From the human T2T-CHM13v2.0 reference genome, Homo sapiens, in the NCBI RefSeq assembly GCF_009914755.1, contig NC_060925.1: a DNA stretch of 64,000 bases; one strand, given 5' to 3'. Shown in pieces: positions 46,909-63,800 of the stretch. A program made the translations under genes and the position numbers. Each line of letters starts with the position of its first letter. The first letter of the stretch is position 1. The notes under the pieces are model-generated. The model worked only from the letters and a program-made list of their open reading frames with translations. It was not told the DNA's origin and made no database searches.

Positions 46909-47871
46909 GGCTAGACTAAGCTTGTATTAATGTAGAGAGGAAGATCTTCAGCAAAATGAGTGTTTCTAACAATCCAAAGTCCAAAGTCCTAATAAGAAAC
47001 AGCCTAATGAGGAGACCCTTGCCCAGCCTCAGAGGATAACCTAGGGCATATCCTTATGGTGTAAGTGTTCTTCTTCCGCCTCTGGTCAGTCTGATGCTCA
47101 TGTCTCCTGTGTGGCAGGTGGCATGAGAGTCTACTGAAAATAATGAAATAAGGCAAAACATTTTCCAGTATCATCCCAGATTATTAATGTTCTAGGAATC
47201 TCCAATCAGGTCGTGCTATATTCCACTTCTCAGCCTGTAAACAAACAATTCTCTGGGGCCTCCATCTGACCAGCACCCTGTTAATCTGCTAAATCATAAT
47301 TGCCTCTCTAAACTGTTATAACAGTTTCTGTAAAACAGATGGAGCACATTTCAAAGGCTCTTTTGAATGGAAATTTTCCATGCTGCCTACCTTAACTGAA
47401 GACCTTGACCCAGAACCTTCCTGTGATTCCTGATCCAGTAACCACTACCCATTTACCACCTATTAACCACTAGCTGTTTACTATTGAGCAAATCCCCAAG
47501 TCTATACTTCCTACCATTGGCCTTAATACACCAATGAAGGAAAGTCCATTAAATCAGTCTTGCCATGAAATTAAATTAAGCCTTTCAAGCTTCTTCCCAA
47601 ACTGCCTCAATTCCCTTTACAGCATAAGGCTGAACAAAATATTCTCCTCTAATTACTTCTTTCTCATAGCAAAAAAATTGTAATACCAACTAAAAGCCTT
47701 TATAATACTCTTAAAAAAAAAAAAACCAGCAAAGCTATTTACTATTTGTTATAGGATCATCAGTCAGCAGATGGCATCTACCTTCTTTTCCAATGTCCCC
47801 AAGCCAGCCACTATCTTGTCATCATGTCACTTAAAATCAAGTTAGTATAGAGGAAGATCTTTGTTTTACCT

Positions 47872-47912
47872 TTTCTTCTATCCCAATCCATCTTTCTTCT
47901 ATCCCAATCCAT
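47872..47912. repeat. ~21-bp tandem duplication
   Basis: TTTCTTCTATCCCAATCCAT x2. Confidence 0.9.
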
Positions 47913-48024
47913 TTTAAAAGTTTGTTCTGCTTGCCTTTTCAGTCTCTTATTGTATTTACTTATAGGCAAGTTGAAATTCCTTAACCTTACTTTTGTCACT
48001 TGCCCAATTCAGTACACTTGCCAA

Positions 48025-48426
48025 TGTACTGACTTGTGTCCCCTTGCCCCCACCCCAATTCATATGTTGATGCCTTAACCCTAAAGTGACTGTACTTGGT
48101 TGGACATAGGGCCTTTAAGGAGGTAATTTAGGTTAAATGCAAATGAGCTCATAAGAGTTGGATAGGACTGGTGTCCTCATAAGAGGAAGAGACACCAGAA
48201 CTCACTCTTTCCCTCCCAGCATGTGTACATAGAAGAAAGGCCAAATGAGGACACAGCAAGAAAGCAGTTGTCTGCAAGCCAGGAAGAAAGGCCTCACCAG
48301 AAATCAGCCCCGATGGCACCTTGATCTTAGACTTCTAGTCTCCAGAACTGCGAAAAAATAAGTTTTTGTTGTTTAAGTCACCTAGCGTGTGGTACACTGT
48401 TATGGCAGCCTGAGCAGATGAATACA
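48025..48426 (+). mobile_element. MaLR LTR (MLT1A/MSTD-like)
   Basis: GGGCCTTTAAGGAGGTAATT, TGGCACCTTGATCTTAGACTTCTAGTCTCCAGAACTG, ends GAATACA. Confidence 0.82.
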
Positions 48427-48699
48427 GACATGAAATAGCTATAGCAGAAAGATGTTGGTCTTCTGTCACAGAAACTATTTAAAGCTCCTAAGCCTACCAG
48501 TGTCATAGATGTACACTTCCTTGGACATAGTTGGCTACGGCCGATAGTGTATATTAAAATATGCTTTCTTCACTAAGCCATTATTATAGCTAACACCTAT
48601 AAATCAGAATCAGAATCAACCTAGAGTCAGAAAAAAAGAGGCTTTCTCCTTTCCTAAAAAAGCCTTGTCCAGATCCCAGTACTGTCACTCTGAACATAA

Positions 48700-49331
<632 letters not shown>

Positions 49332-50585
49332 CTCTATAATTGTTTTTATAATTATAACGCCTTGACACACTGTAAGTTGACTTCAAGACATTCCACTTCT
49401 TCCAAACCTGGTTCCTTCTTTAATGTGGATAAGACTCAGACTCTCAGAGGAGGTAGGTTTTGAGCTTGGTATCTGTTCCTAATAAGAGAGAGTAAAAGGT
49501 TCTCTTTCCACTCCTTTACATTCTAACTAGGCAACTAGAGCATATACTTTTACATTTCACACATCTGCCAAAATTTATTCTAATTCTTGCCTCTGGAGCT
49601 GGTTATAGTTCTGGAGTTGTTCATAATCATAGATGGTAGTAGAAATAAGAGTCTCTTACTTCAGCTGAGTAGATTTCTAATAGTCCTGGTATAAAACATT
49701 TTGCTCAGCAAAACTTCATAATAGTGCTATATATGGAAAGTTCTGGTTGATGCTGCTGTTCAAGGGAGAGGTCACAGTCCTTACCCTGACCATAGTGCCG
49801 TTTTTGTTCCCACCCACCAGTCTCCTTTAGCAAAGATGTCTTTTAAGGAAAGGATCCAAATTCAAAGAGGCTCTCTTGAACAACCAGGATAACTTGAACA
49901 ACTAGATAACCTCTGAACTTCATTGTACCTGCCTACCTTTACTGTCACCCAAATGCATTCTCCCTCACCATGTACACATGACCCATGACAAGGTACAGGG
50001 GTTCAAAAATGGATAATAAGAACAGCTAGAAATAATTGGTACACCCAAAATGGTTGTGAATGAGGTCTATCAACAATTTTCACTTGCTGTGTTTGTCAAG
50101 TCACAGTATGAGCAAATCTATCAAGACAAAGAACACCAAGCTACTCTCATCCATTAGGGCCATTTGTAAATATTCCGATTTTATCCAAATGAAGAAATGT
50201 TCTACATGTCAGTATTTTTATGTGTTTTTAGAATGAGTAGAAGCATCTTTCAGCTTTTAACTACATTGTTTAAAAGATCCTTACATTTATCCCTGGAGAT
50301 CCCTCGATTTAGGTTATCCCTAGATTTAGTATATCCTTGCTGAAAAAAGAAGACATGCTTTACAGGTCAGATATAAAGGAAATGTGTTAACACTTATGCA
50401 TTCTAACTATGCTATCATTGTCCACGTCACTCAGAATCAGCTGCAATAGTGGCACATCAAAATGAAATACTGCAAAATAAAGAGGCACACGACCCTCATG
50501 AGTATGAGAAATACAGCTAATTAAGAAGAAAATAAAAGAATAATATAGCTAATTAAGAAAAAAATACAAGGAAAACTAACTGCAT

Positions 50586-50714
50586 CTATTCCACAGAGCA
50601 GCCAAGGTGAGCTTGAAAAACCAGAAATCAGATAATGTGGTTTCTGATCATGTTTAGAATAAATTCCAAATTTATAAAGCCTTATATCAGGCCTACTTGC
50701 TTCTCTGACCCCAT
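50586..50714 (+). repeat. ~130-bp dispersed direct copy of 52334-52462
   Basis: CTATTCCA(C/T)AGAGCAGCCAAGGTGAGCT...CAGAAATCAG...TTTAGAATAAA...CCAAATT...TTCTCTG.CCCCAT shared. Confidence 0.8.
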
Positions 50715-51759
50715 TGCATAGCACATTTTCCTTCTTTTCTACTCATTAGGTTATAATGCCATAAAGCGGCACACCCTTAGGAAGGCACATTTTAGATGAG
50801 CCAAAAAGCAAGTCTGTGGCACATTATGACTAAACTAACCCAATTAATACTATCAGGGAAGAATTAGTAGATATCTTTAAGGACAACTTGCCTCACACAC
50901 AAATGCCTAACTATGTCATTCACAAATATTAACAAAAATCCATTACAGAAAAAGCCAAGTATGTATCAGTGGGCTCATTAAGATGTGGCCATCTGGGTCT
51001 GAAATATTATACTATAGCTCAGCACCAGCACTATTCTATATATGTAATAATAACTGTCACACTGGAACCTCTTCTGAAATTATAAATGCATGTGTCCACT
51101 TTAGTATGCAATGCCTGTGAGGTTTATTCCAGAAAACCTCAAACTTACTTGGAAGTCTCTTACGTTATTCATAGTGGTAACTTAGCTACATGATTTCAGA
51201 AAGCAAATACTAAAAGTCTACCAAATAGCACATGTAAGGTAAGTGCCATTTACACTATCTCTTTCTGGGAAATTCTCCAAGCACATCCCTTTCTGAAAGG
51301 TTACTTTCCTAGAATCATGAAGAATCTCCAAGCTTGTTTACACAAACCCCCTCCTTTCCTTCCCTCCCCTCCTCATTCTTGCCATAGCGAATTAAACTGC
51401 TGATGAATGCCTGACCAGGAGGCAGCAATAATATAGCTGCTGATGTCCCATGAAGTGGCCTGGTGTAAACAGTATGTCCCCCTCCCCAAATATCCTATAT
51501 TAGGTTGTAATCCACAGACTCAGTAAAATCTTCACATGAGCTCTGAATGTGAAACAAAGAAGGAGAAATAATCTAAGACAACCACAAACAAGAGACATAG
51601 CAAAAGCCATGCAATAGTTTAAATCCGGAGTAAGCAGCAACCAGTCAGTCTTAGGAAAAGCAGAATAGCTGAGGCTCCATTTTGACATAGCATTAGAAAG
51701 AGGACCAGGTGTTGTTCGCGGAGGTGCTGCAGTAACCAAATTCCCTGAGCTGCATTTTA

Positions 51760-52770
51760 TCCTATTCAACACATCCTAATTCTCCTAGAGGTCTTCTGAA
51801 ATGGTTTCCTGTTCTTAATCTCCTCATGGAGTTTTTCCATACATCTCTATTACATGAGCATATCTCTACTTCTTAGCACATGATGCTCTCTGATTTCTCT
51901 GCCAAAGCTGTTCTTTTCCTCATCCTCCCCAACTGGGTATGACACAACATCCCTCCAGTTATTCAAGCCAAATATCTGGCAGGGTTTTTTAAAAACTTCT
52001 TATTATGGATATTTAAAAATATTAACAAAAGTAAAGAGAATGGCATCTATTACTCACCTTTTGAGAATATCAACCTTTCAACAATCGTGTTTTATCTATT
52101 TCACACCACACCCCAGATCAAAGAATTTATTATTGATTTATCACCTTCCTCTCATCCTTCATAACCAGCTCACTGGAAAGTCTTATCATTACCTCTGAAA
52201 ATTATCCAGAATTCATCCATTTCTCATCTTCACTAATACCACCTTAATCAAAGCCACAATCATCTCTCAACTAAGCTACTGCAACAGCCTTGTAATTGGT
52301 CTTCCTGCTTCTACTTTTGCTCCCTACTTCAACCTATTCCATAGAGCAGCCAAGGTGAGCTGTCAAAGTCAGAAATCAGGTAAGTGTGGTTTTCCATTGC
52401 ATTTAGAATAAACACCAAATTCACAAAGCTTGACATCTGGCCTGCTTTCTTCTCTGCCCCATCTTGGAACAGTCTCAGTCCTGCTACATCACACTGGCCT
52501 TCTTTATGTCCCTTCAAACTCTCAAGCCCATTCCTGCCTTGAGACTTTGCATGAGCTGCTGCCCTGGCCTAGAATCCTGTCAGATTCTCATGTTGTTGAC
52601 TCCCTGTTGCCTTTTAGATCTCAGTTTAACTGTCACAGCCTCTGAAAAAACTTCCTTAACCACCCAATCTATAGCAGTCACTTGCTATCACATTACCATT
52701 TGAATTATTTTTCATCCATCTTTCTTTTTTATGTCTCCCTCTCATAGAGTGTAAGCTCCCAGAAATAGGA
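51760..52770. mobile_element. L2 fragment
   Basis: ATTCATCCATTTCTCATCTTCAC, TACTGCAACAGCCTTGTAATTGGTCT, CATTTAGAATAAA, GTAAGCTCCC are L2 motifs. Confidence 0.7.
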
Positions 52771-53330
52771 CTGTAAGAAGACCTATCTAATATTCATTCT
52801 TCTTTCTTAAAAAAAAAATCCTGATTTTGTTCAGGTATCAACTCCTTCCGTGTGGCCATGGGCCTCAGGAGAAGCTGACCCTCTTATCCTCTAACTCCAG
52901 GGAATAATATGATTCAACAATGAATATCTCATATCCCTTGCCAGTGATTAGTTCAGAAATGAGCATGTGGCCCAATCCTGGCCAAGAAGACATAAGGAAA
53001 AGTTTGCTAGAGACGTCTAAGAAAGTAGCTCCCTAACTCCTGAAAGAGTCATGAAAAGCCCAAGTCTTTTTCTCCCTCTACCCATTAATGAAGAAACATG
53101 TTGTCCACACTACATCTGTGAATGAAACAGGCATTAGGATGAAGCCAACACTGCATATACAAAGTAGACAGAATGAAATAACTTGACATATTTGAATTGC
53201 CTGATCAACCAACCCAGGATTCCATTCTATCTTTGGACTTCCTTCTATGTAAGCGAATAAATTTTCTTCATATTTAAGCCAATTAAAGTTAGATTTTTTT
53301 ATTACTCATATGTGAAAATATACTAACATA
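52770..53330 (+). mobile_element. Old MLT1-type LTR
   Basis: GCCAGTGATTAGTTCAGAAATGAGCATGTGGCCCAATCCTGGCCAAG..., TTTAAGCCAATTAAAGTTAGATTTT. Confidence 0.65.
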
Positions 53331-53495
53331 TATAGGAACTTTGTCTGCCTTGTTCCTTGCTATACTCCCAGCATCTAGAAAAATGCGTAGAATATGGTAG
53401 GTACAGCAAATATTTGAGTGAATAGTGAAAGAATATAAAAGAATAATTTATGAAAGATAAAGAATCCTAAAACAATTATTCTCCATTTAGCCCAC

Positions 53496-53894
53496 TGCTA
53501 TGGTTTGAATGTGCCCCCAAAAAACATGTGTTGAAAGTTTAATCCCCAATGCAACAGTGTTGGGAAATGGGGCCTAATGAGAGGTAATTAGGTCATGAGA
53601 GCAGAGTGAATAGATTAAGGACGTTAATGAGGGAGTAGGTTCCTTATTGTGGGAGTGAATTTGTTATAAAAAGAGGAGTATTGGCCCATGTTTTCTTCCC
53701 TCCCACCCTCTCCACCAGCCTCTGGTCCTATCACCTTCACCGTATTATGATGCAGCAAGAAGGCTCTTGCCAGATGCTGGCCCCTGATCCTGGACTTCCC
53801 AACATCCAGAACTGTGAGCCAATCAATTTCTGTTCATTATGAACTACCCAGTCTCAGGTATTCTGTTATAGCAACACCAAGTGAACGAAGACAC
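53496..53894 (+). mobile_element. MST-family MaLR LTR (MSTB/MSTC-like)
   Basis: TGCTATGGTTTGAATGTGCCCCC...TACCCAGTCTCAGGTATTCTGTTATAGCAAC...AAGACA; TSD CCC(A/G)C. Confidence 0.88.
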
Positions 53895-54048
53895 CCGCTT
53901 TAGCTACAATGTCATTAAGTTCCTTAAGAAGAGGTATCTAGTTAAGTACTAATAAGTAAGCACAAAAATATTCTTGACATCGAATTTAAAATGTCAGCTT
54001 GACAGGGAAATATGTCACCATCATTACAAAAGGAAAATGCCACTATCA

Positions 54049-54249
<201 letters not shown>

Positions 54250-54978
54250 TTAAGAAAGAAAATAAGGGTAAACTGTGTTATACCAGGATTTTGCTATATG
54301 TAATAACAATCAGAAAATATTTGACCTACTGAATTTCTAAATTTATATATTAGCAAAATTGTGTGCAAGTTATTAGTGAAATTGTGTGTGAGTTATCTGG
54401 ATCTTAAGATATTGGACATCAAGTTAATTCACATTCAAATCAAGCTGCAAAGGTGACGTTTTAAAAATCTAAAAATGACAAATGTTTATTACTCAAGATA
54501 CTGGACAAATATACACGGTGATAAAAAAAACACCTAAAATTTCACAGATGTCTTAAAAAAGTAACTTGCTTTTTGATAAGACTAATCATCAATGGAAAAT
54601 AAAACTGAATTTTGAAACAAGACAAACCTACTATTCTGCACCCTTTTCTGATATTCTGTGATTTCTTATATGTTGGATCGTCCTCTCAGAGGAAAATAAG
54701 ACGGTCAACAACAATGCAACAAGGAATGTAAAAGCCCAGATAGGTTTGGACAGTATGTTCCCTTACAAGGTCCAGGTGACTGGTTTTTACATAGTCATCT
54801 TTTAATTTATCAGAAGAGAAAAAGCTATCATTTTTGAACAACTACTCTGAGACAAGCATGAGATACTTTGTATGCATTAATAAAGTACAAATAAAACTTT
54901 AGGCCCCAGAATCACGCTGCCTAAGTTTTATTTGAACTTTATCATCTTTAAAAATTTAATTTGAGGCAATACATATAA

Positions 54979-55281
<303 letters not shown>

Positions 55282-57403
55282 TGAGGTAATACATATAAAG
55301 TATTGAATGCTTGTTCAAATCCTGATCTAGCACTTACTGTCTCTGTGACCTAGTGCAAATTACCCATCTAAACTTTAGTTTTTAATCATAAAGGCATGGA
55401 AAACATGACTACCTCTATCTGGTAGGGTTGTTGTAAGGACTTACACCAGATAGCATACTAAAGTCCTCAGTGCCTGACACATACCAAGTTCTCAATGCTG
55501 GTCAAGGTTTAGCTAAATAAAATATTATATTTAAGCAATCAGCTTTAAAATTCTGGGGGGAAAACAATTTAAAAGATGGGACTGATCCTGATGGCTTACA
55601 GCAGGAAGCAAATAGATTCACTTATATACGAGGTTTTAAAGGTTGCTGAAATCAATTACATACAGATGATTAAAGAATTTGTTATAGTCTAGTACTTGGA
55701 GTCATTGTTCAATTAGCTTTGTAGTAACAGTCTAATCTTCTGTACTTAAATGCCAAATAATTACTTCCTAATAGGTATATATTAAGTCCTAAAATAGCAC
55801 TATCATTTGATTAACATTGCACAATTTATAGAAGAGTTCCATATACAAGTCAATTAGCAATTTAACAAATACTCTATTAAACACCATGTGGCAAATCCTG
55901 TAGTAGGAGCTGAGAAAAGTACAAACATACTCCTTGCCCTTGAAGAATTCATGATCTACTGTAGAAGGCAGACAAACATGGAACCATAATATATGGTGAG
56001 TGCAGTAATGGACTACTAATGGGAACTTGGATGAGAAAGTAAGAGATGGGGAAAAAAATACAATGAATAGTTAACTTAAACTCAGTCCTTAAAAAGTAGC
56101 TAGAAAGGCTAGGGGAAAAAGTCAACATGAATGAAAGAGGCAGAAAGATGCAATGTATATGACGACTAACATGTATTAAACATTTCTGTATGCCTAAATG
56201 CTTTATAGACATTATTAGTTCATTTAAACATCACAGGATCCTTTATTGTCCCTATTTTACAATGAGAAAACAGATTTCTTGGAGAGTTTAAGTAGTTCGA
56301 CCAAAATCACACAGGAGTAAGTGGCAGAGTACAGTGTGAGTTCAGGTCTGAGTTCCAAAACCCATGCTCCTAAGTATTAGACTACATGTACTCCTACTAT
56401 GCCTCATGAAGGGTAAGATTAGGGAAAAGTGGAGTTTACAGTTAAGGCCAAAAGTAAGAAGGTTCTTATTTAAAAATAGAAACATTCCCTTGATATTGCA
56501 ATTTAGAGATATTTTTAACTTGGAAAATTAGCTTGTTTTTTGGCGATTTAATTCAATTAAGCAATCTCTTTATTTTGCTAATTTTTCCATTGCACCAGAA
56601 ACAATTGTCTTATTGTGAGTTTAAGGCAGGCAACAAGGCTATCCCATTTAAAGTTTCAGAATATGTATTATCTCTTACATTAGAAAGCAAAGAATCTAAA
56701 AGAGCTTATTACTATAAAGTTCATGATTCAATTTTTAAATTGCTATAAAAATAATGTATATATCAAATTACCACAATCTCGAAAAGACCATGCAGAATTT
56801 AGACTCTTCAGGAAGGCTGTAATCATTCATGCATTCAACAAACACATCTTTTATGTTCTGGGAACTGTGCTAAGTGCTGGAAATATAAAAGCAAATAAGC
56901 CTTCAAAGAGCTTAGTTTGTGTACATAACCTCTGTTGAATGTGTATAAAATAAACTATAAAAAGTGTGTTATTTCTCCTCCATATTGGTATAAAAAGTAC
57001 CTGACTCAATTCACAAATGACTCATATAAGCAAATAGAAGACAGCAGTAATTTGGATTTCCTACCCCTGCAGAGACCCAGTATCTCTCTATGCCACAATT
57101 CAGAACCTCCAAGAAAAGAAAGACCTTGAGAAATACTTTATACAAGATATTTAGGTTTATGAAGGTTTACCCATTCTCAATGCCCCTGACTGGAAAGCTT
57201 CTTTCAACAAAAAGGAAAGAGAATTTAATTGGGCATCTTCTATTATCATAGGAATACATTTTTCCCAACCAAGTCAAGATAAAGGAAGGTGAAACAGCAC
57301 TATTATTCAGCTAAGTTTAAGATATTTTTTGTAGGTTGCTCTAGAAGACTAAGCCTATTTATAATACTATGAGAGAATGCATTCCAAATTATAGTCACCT
57401 TAA

Positions 57404-57756
<353 letters not shown>

Positions 57757-59089
57757 CTTGTGGCTATTTCTACTCAGTGCCAGTGATTTAATTTTTGTGG
57801 CCTCCTATGTCCTATTGAAAATCATTTGAGAATATTTGCAAGGAGGTAGTGGACAGCAATTTTCAGCTATTAAAAAGTGTTAGAAACCCAGCACTTTACC
57901 AAAGTTATTTCTTACGCCTTCAGGTTAGGCAAGCAGGTCAAGCACATTCTTTAGAAAAAAAAAAAAAGGTATATATTGAGAAAATAGCTGATGAATGTCT
58001 AATAAAATTGCCATTCATGTAAAGAATTCTGTTCAGGCACGGTACTTCCTTCTGGTAACCTTTCCAAGAAGGATGGTATTCTTTAATCAATATCATTAGT
58101 ATTTTTTAATTGATCATTGGTCAAGAATGTAGGTAGCCAAAGCAATGTTCAACATAACTTTGAGAACTATGTACTGTTTTAGGTTAATATGGAATATTAC
58201 TATAAGGCCTTGAGGTTCACAAACTCTACGTCATCATGAAGAAATAAGACTGATTTGCCTAATTTATTATCAATTACTTCCAAAAAAGCTAAAAATGGCT
58301 CACCATGATTGTTTCTTAGAAGAATAAATAGATCAATATCTTTTATAAGACAGGGTAATTTGAAAGCCCTAAGCTCTGGTATAACTTAAAAAGGCAAATC
58401 AATTTAACAAAAGGTATCATGGAATTAAGGACACCAGGACAGCCAACTTCTTTAGGACAGTCTAGATCCAGTGTAAAGATTCCAAACATTCCACCAATCA
58501 CCAAATCCCATAGCCAGAGCTATGTGGCTCTCATTTCCGTGAAAGACTAGACTACAAATTATACGGCAATTTAAACAGTTACTTTCCCTATTTATTAAAT
58601 AAGTAGCAACCACCCAATCTCCAAAAAGCAATTCTGTAAATGACACTGTTATCAACTGCCTATGTCTTTCGTTTTACTGTAGTCCAATCTAACAAAATTG
58701 GTCAGAAAATTAAGAAAACAGCATTCACATTAATTGTCTTCATAAAACCAGCGTTATAGTTTCTCCTGCAGATCCCCCCTTGATGGGTAGGCCTTAAAAC
58801 CTTTACAATGAAGAAATTAAAATAATGAGTTAGGGATGACTGAAGTTTTAGAGATGGCTCTACTCTCAGAGATTCTGTTTCAGGAGGTCTGCAATGGATA
58901 CAGGAATCTCTATTTAACAACTTTTCCCACCCTAAAAATTTGAGGCAGATGGTGCATGCATGGATCACCTAAAGGATAAACCTAAGTGCTGGTCTAATTT
59001 AATCCTAAATATTGTTTTCCTTTGCCTGTCATCACTCTTCTATTCTTTCACTCCAGTTGGACTGTTCATTCACTGGTATGCAATCTTGA

Positions 59090-59645
<556 letters not shown>

Positions 59646-60451
59646 TAGAACATCAACTCAATCTCAGGTTTAACTGAGTTGTCAGGTTGCACTGGATTGG
59701 TTGCCCAGTTTTACCTTCTAAAGAGTTATATGATCTTGGGCAATTTATTTAATTTCTTACTGCCTCGGCTTCCTCTTCAGCAAAAATGGAGTTAAAAACT
59801 GCACCTATCTCACAGAGTTGTTATAGTTAAAATATGCAAAGCACTTTTACAGTGCCTGGCACATAGACACCCTTAATAGCTGTTATAATTACCACTCTCC
59901 AAATACAACATTCTCTCTTACTCTCTGCCTTTGCCTATCCTACACCCATTAACTAAATGCCTCCTAAGTGACTCTACCTCTCCAAATCCAACTTCTCCAA
60001 ACTAAGGTTAATCCTTTATGAAGTTTTCTTGCATCCACCAATGATCTTTCCCTCTTGTGAAACTACAGCATTTGACTGTGTTTCTTATTCAGAACTTAAT
60101 TATATACTGTTTTGGGTCATTTGCTGCATTGTTAGTTAACATGTACTTATCTAACATAAATGTACACCCTGTCTACACAACTATTAGGCTCTTACAGGGC
60201 AGAGAACGTGTATCCTGTGTATGTGCACACACATACACATACATAAAAGTATCATAAGTACTTAATAAATATTTGCTAAACGAATAGTAATTGAAAATGA
60301 CATTCTTACTCAAATCCTTCCGCATATACCCCCATAAAAGCAGCTGTATTTAAATTAATATTTTATAATATAATGAACAAATCAGTGGTTGTTTCTAAAC
60401 CTTTTGCATTTCAAAAGAAATACAACAAATACAAAAGATTATGTTTTATAA

Positions 60452-60829
<378 letters not shown>

Positions 60830-63800
60830 TAACATTACAATATTAATAATTTTTTTCTATTCCATCCCATTTTAATTAGTGAGAAAAAATAATTAAAAAG
60901 CACAATTTCTTAGCTTTAGTTTTGATTATGAAATAATAGGAATAGTATAGTATTTTGTTTGAATTCAAGTCTAAGAGGCAGAATTTGATTAAACCTGAAG
61001 ATCTTCTAAAAACCTAGTTCAGAGTAGATGGCTTGATATGCATTAAAGGATTTTTATATTTCACACACACACGTGCACACACAATGTATTTTTCAACATT
61101 TCAGAACAAAATTTGTATCATTACTAACAAAACATCCTACATCAATAATGGAAAACCAATTTGCTCAATTACATGGGACTTTCAACAACCTGATTTCATG
61201 GTAGGGATAGAAGAAATAATTATAAAAGCCATTGAGTTCCCAAATAAACACCATGCCATTTTGAAGATTAAAAAAAAAAAAAAAAAAGAACACCACATCA
61301 TTCTTGTGTCTGTAGTCTATTATGCAAATATTCTTTTTGCCAACAGTGACTAAAACAGGTTACACTAAAAACAGTTCAAGAATAGCAAATATTGCTTACT
61401 GGAGAAATCTAAAAATAGATGATGAGAATGCTTCTCAGGTCTTGTTACTTTCATGCTACGATTCACATCCATAGGAGACGTTTAGGAGATGTTGTTCCTA
61501 AAGTGGCCATGTTACAACTGTATTACATCAGGACAGCGTTCCAGCAATAAGGAAAATATTTCAGATTCATGTTTGTAACTGAGCTTTCTCAGCTCATTTG
61601 TTGTACAATTTGATAAAATAGCATTTCTGGGAATATAAGATATTTCTACTTTGTTTTAAATCTTTAATCTTTTTTTTCCTCAATCCCTTCTTAAGGGGTG
61701 AACTTCCTTTAAAATTTATTCTGTTTACATTCTTATCCATTTTTTTCCTTAAAATTCACAGAAAATCAAAGATTGCATTAAAGATTTCATTTGGGTCTTT
61801 CAAGAAATTTGTCATCTTAAAATATTTTGTTTGTCCACCTCAGTTGCTGAAATTTTCTTTCACTCTGGTTTATACCACATCTTGAATCATACCCTTTCTC
61901 TAAATAAGATTAATAAGCTGATCTCCAACCAACTTACATGATATGAAGAGAAATAAAGAGGAGCGAGATAAAGTTACAAATAATAGTAACAAAAAAGCAA
62001 CTGCATCCTCATTGATTAGTAACCTGACTTTTCAATCTTTAACTTTTTTTTTATACCTATCACTGAACAGGACTATTTGAACTATTAATATCTAGAATAA
62101 TCGGTAACATAACCATAAACTCCTGTTCTTACCCTCACCAAGTTAAATGTTTTGACTGAATAAATAAAACCAATGACTTCAAAATGTAAAATGTAACCAC
62201 AATTCCCTTCTGAAGAGAATTTTTTCCTTGAAGAGATTAGATTTTACTAGTATGAAAAACCTGTTATGTCTCTCATTTGATAAATGAAACCTTCAAACCA
62301 TACAGAAAACATATTTTAATCAATCATCAAAAAAATTATAGATGTCTTGTTTAGGGGTATTTCCATTCAATGAATTATTCTAACAACAGAAGCTTAAATA
62401 AGAAATTCAACTTCTGCTTTCCACAGCTCTATTTAATTCCCAAAATACATTATCCTAATTTGCTTCTGAACAGTCTGTCCTCATAAACTGAGTGTATGTT
62501 TTTTTTCATTTAACAAGAACCTGAAGCTAGAAAGGAAATTGAATTCTAGAAGTGGGCAATTGATTTGACAGTATTTGCTTTTTCCAATATGAGTATGTCA
62601 AGTTCAAATACTAAATGAGAAACTGAAAACATTAAATGTTAGGAAAAGGAAAATTTAATTTAGTTTCTGTGGTCTAATAAAAGATCTTAGTACAGAAGTA
62701 AATTCATTTCCGTTCTTCTGAGATGAGAAAAAAACAGAGATAATGTACTTGCTTCTATAAAAAGTAAGAACCTCTACAACCTATGACTTGTAAATAATTT
62801 AGGGGATTCAGCAAATTTTACTTGGCTCTACTTGGCCAAGGCAAGAAAAGCATCACCCAGCAGTACAAAGCTAAAAGACAAAAGAAAAGTCTAAAGAATA
62901 GAGAAGCTGCCTCTTATATTCCTATACATCGGAATTATTAATTTTTTCCATCTCTAGGGAAATGGAAAATAGGAAAATAAATTTCATATTAGCATGAAAT
63001 TTCATATTAGCAAGAAATACTAATTTGAAAATAAATTTCATATTAGTCACTTAGTCACTTACCAAAGGGTTATATTACAAACATTAAAAATGTACATGTC
63101 TATTATAATTCTGTTTTTTTAACAACTTCATATTTATATATTATTTATTTTTTATATCCAAAACAACAGAAAAAGTTAAGCATGTCTAAAAAGGTGAAGA
63201 AGGCTGCAACATTATGAAATGTAGGTAAAGGTATGCAAAAATTGCTAACTAAAGGTAATTTCTGCATGTTCTAGAGAAACCAATTCTATATTTTCCTTCC
63301 TTAACCTACTCTACTATTTGAGTACTGTCCCTGAGAAATCTCCTTATATTTAAATTAAATCCTTCCTAAACCAGCCTAATTTTGCTATTACTGTTTTTCT
63401 TCAAAGTACACACAGAGAAAGTCTGATAATAATTTTAACAATATCACATGATAACATGGAATATTTTGGTTCCATAGTAAAGAAAAAATTGTAGATAGCA
63501 TATTTATCATTGTTTTATTTCATAGTTAGCATTCCTAAAACAAGGACAAACATCCAACTCAGACACAATCCAACACACAATAGACATTTGTTCGTTATTA
63601 AGTTCCTACTACAAATCATCTGTGTACCAATGCTGGGGATATAAGAAATATATTACTCATTCCCTGGCCTAAAGTGGTGTATAATTTAGTGCACAATATA
63701 GAGACATCAACAGACAAATGCAACACAAGGCTGATATTACCAAAAAAAAAACTGGAAACTAGGGAAAAAAGTTAGCCACATACATTGAAATGAAGGTTTC

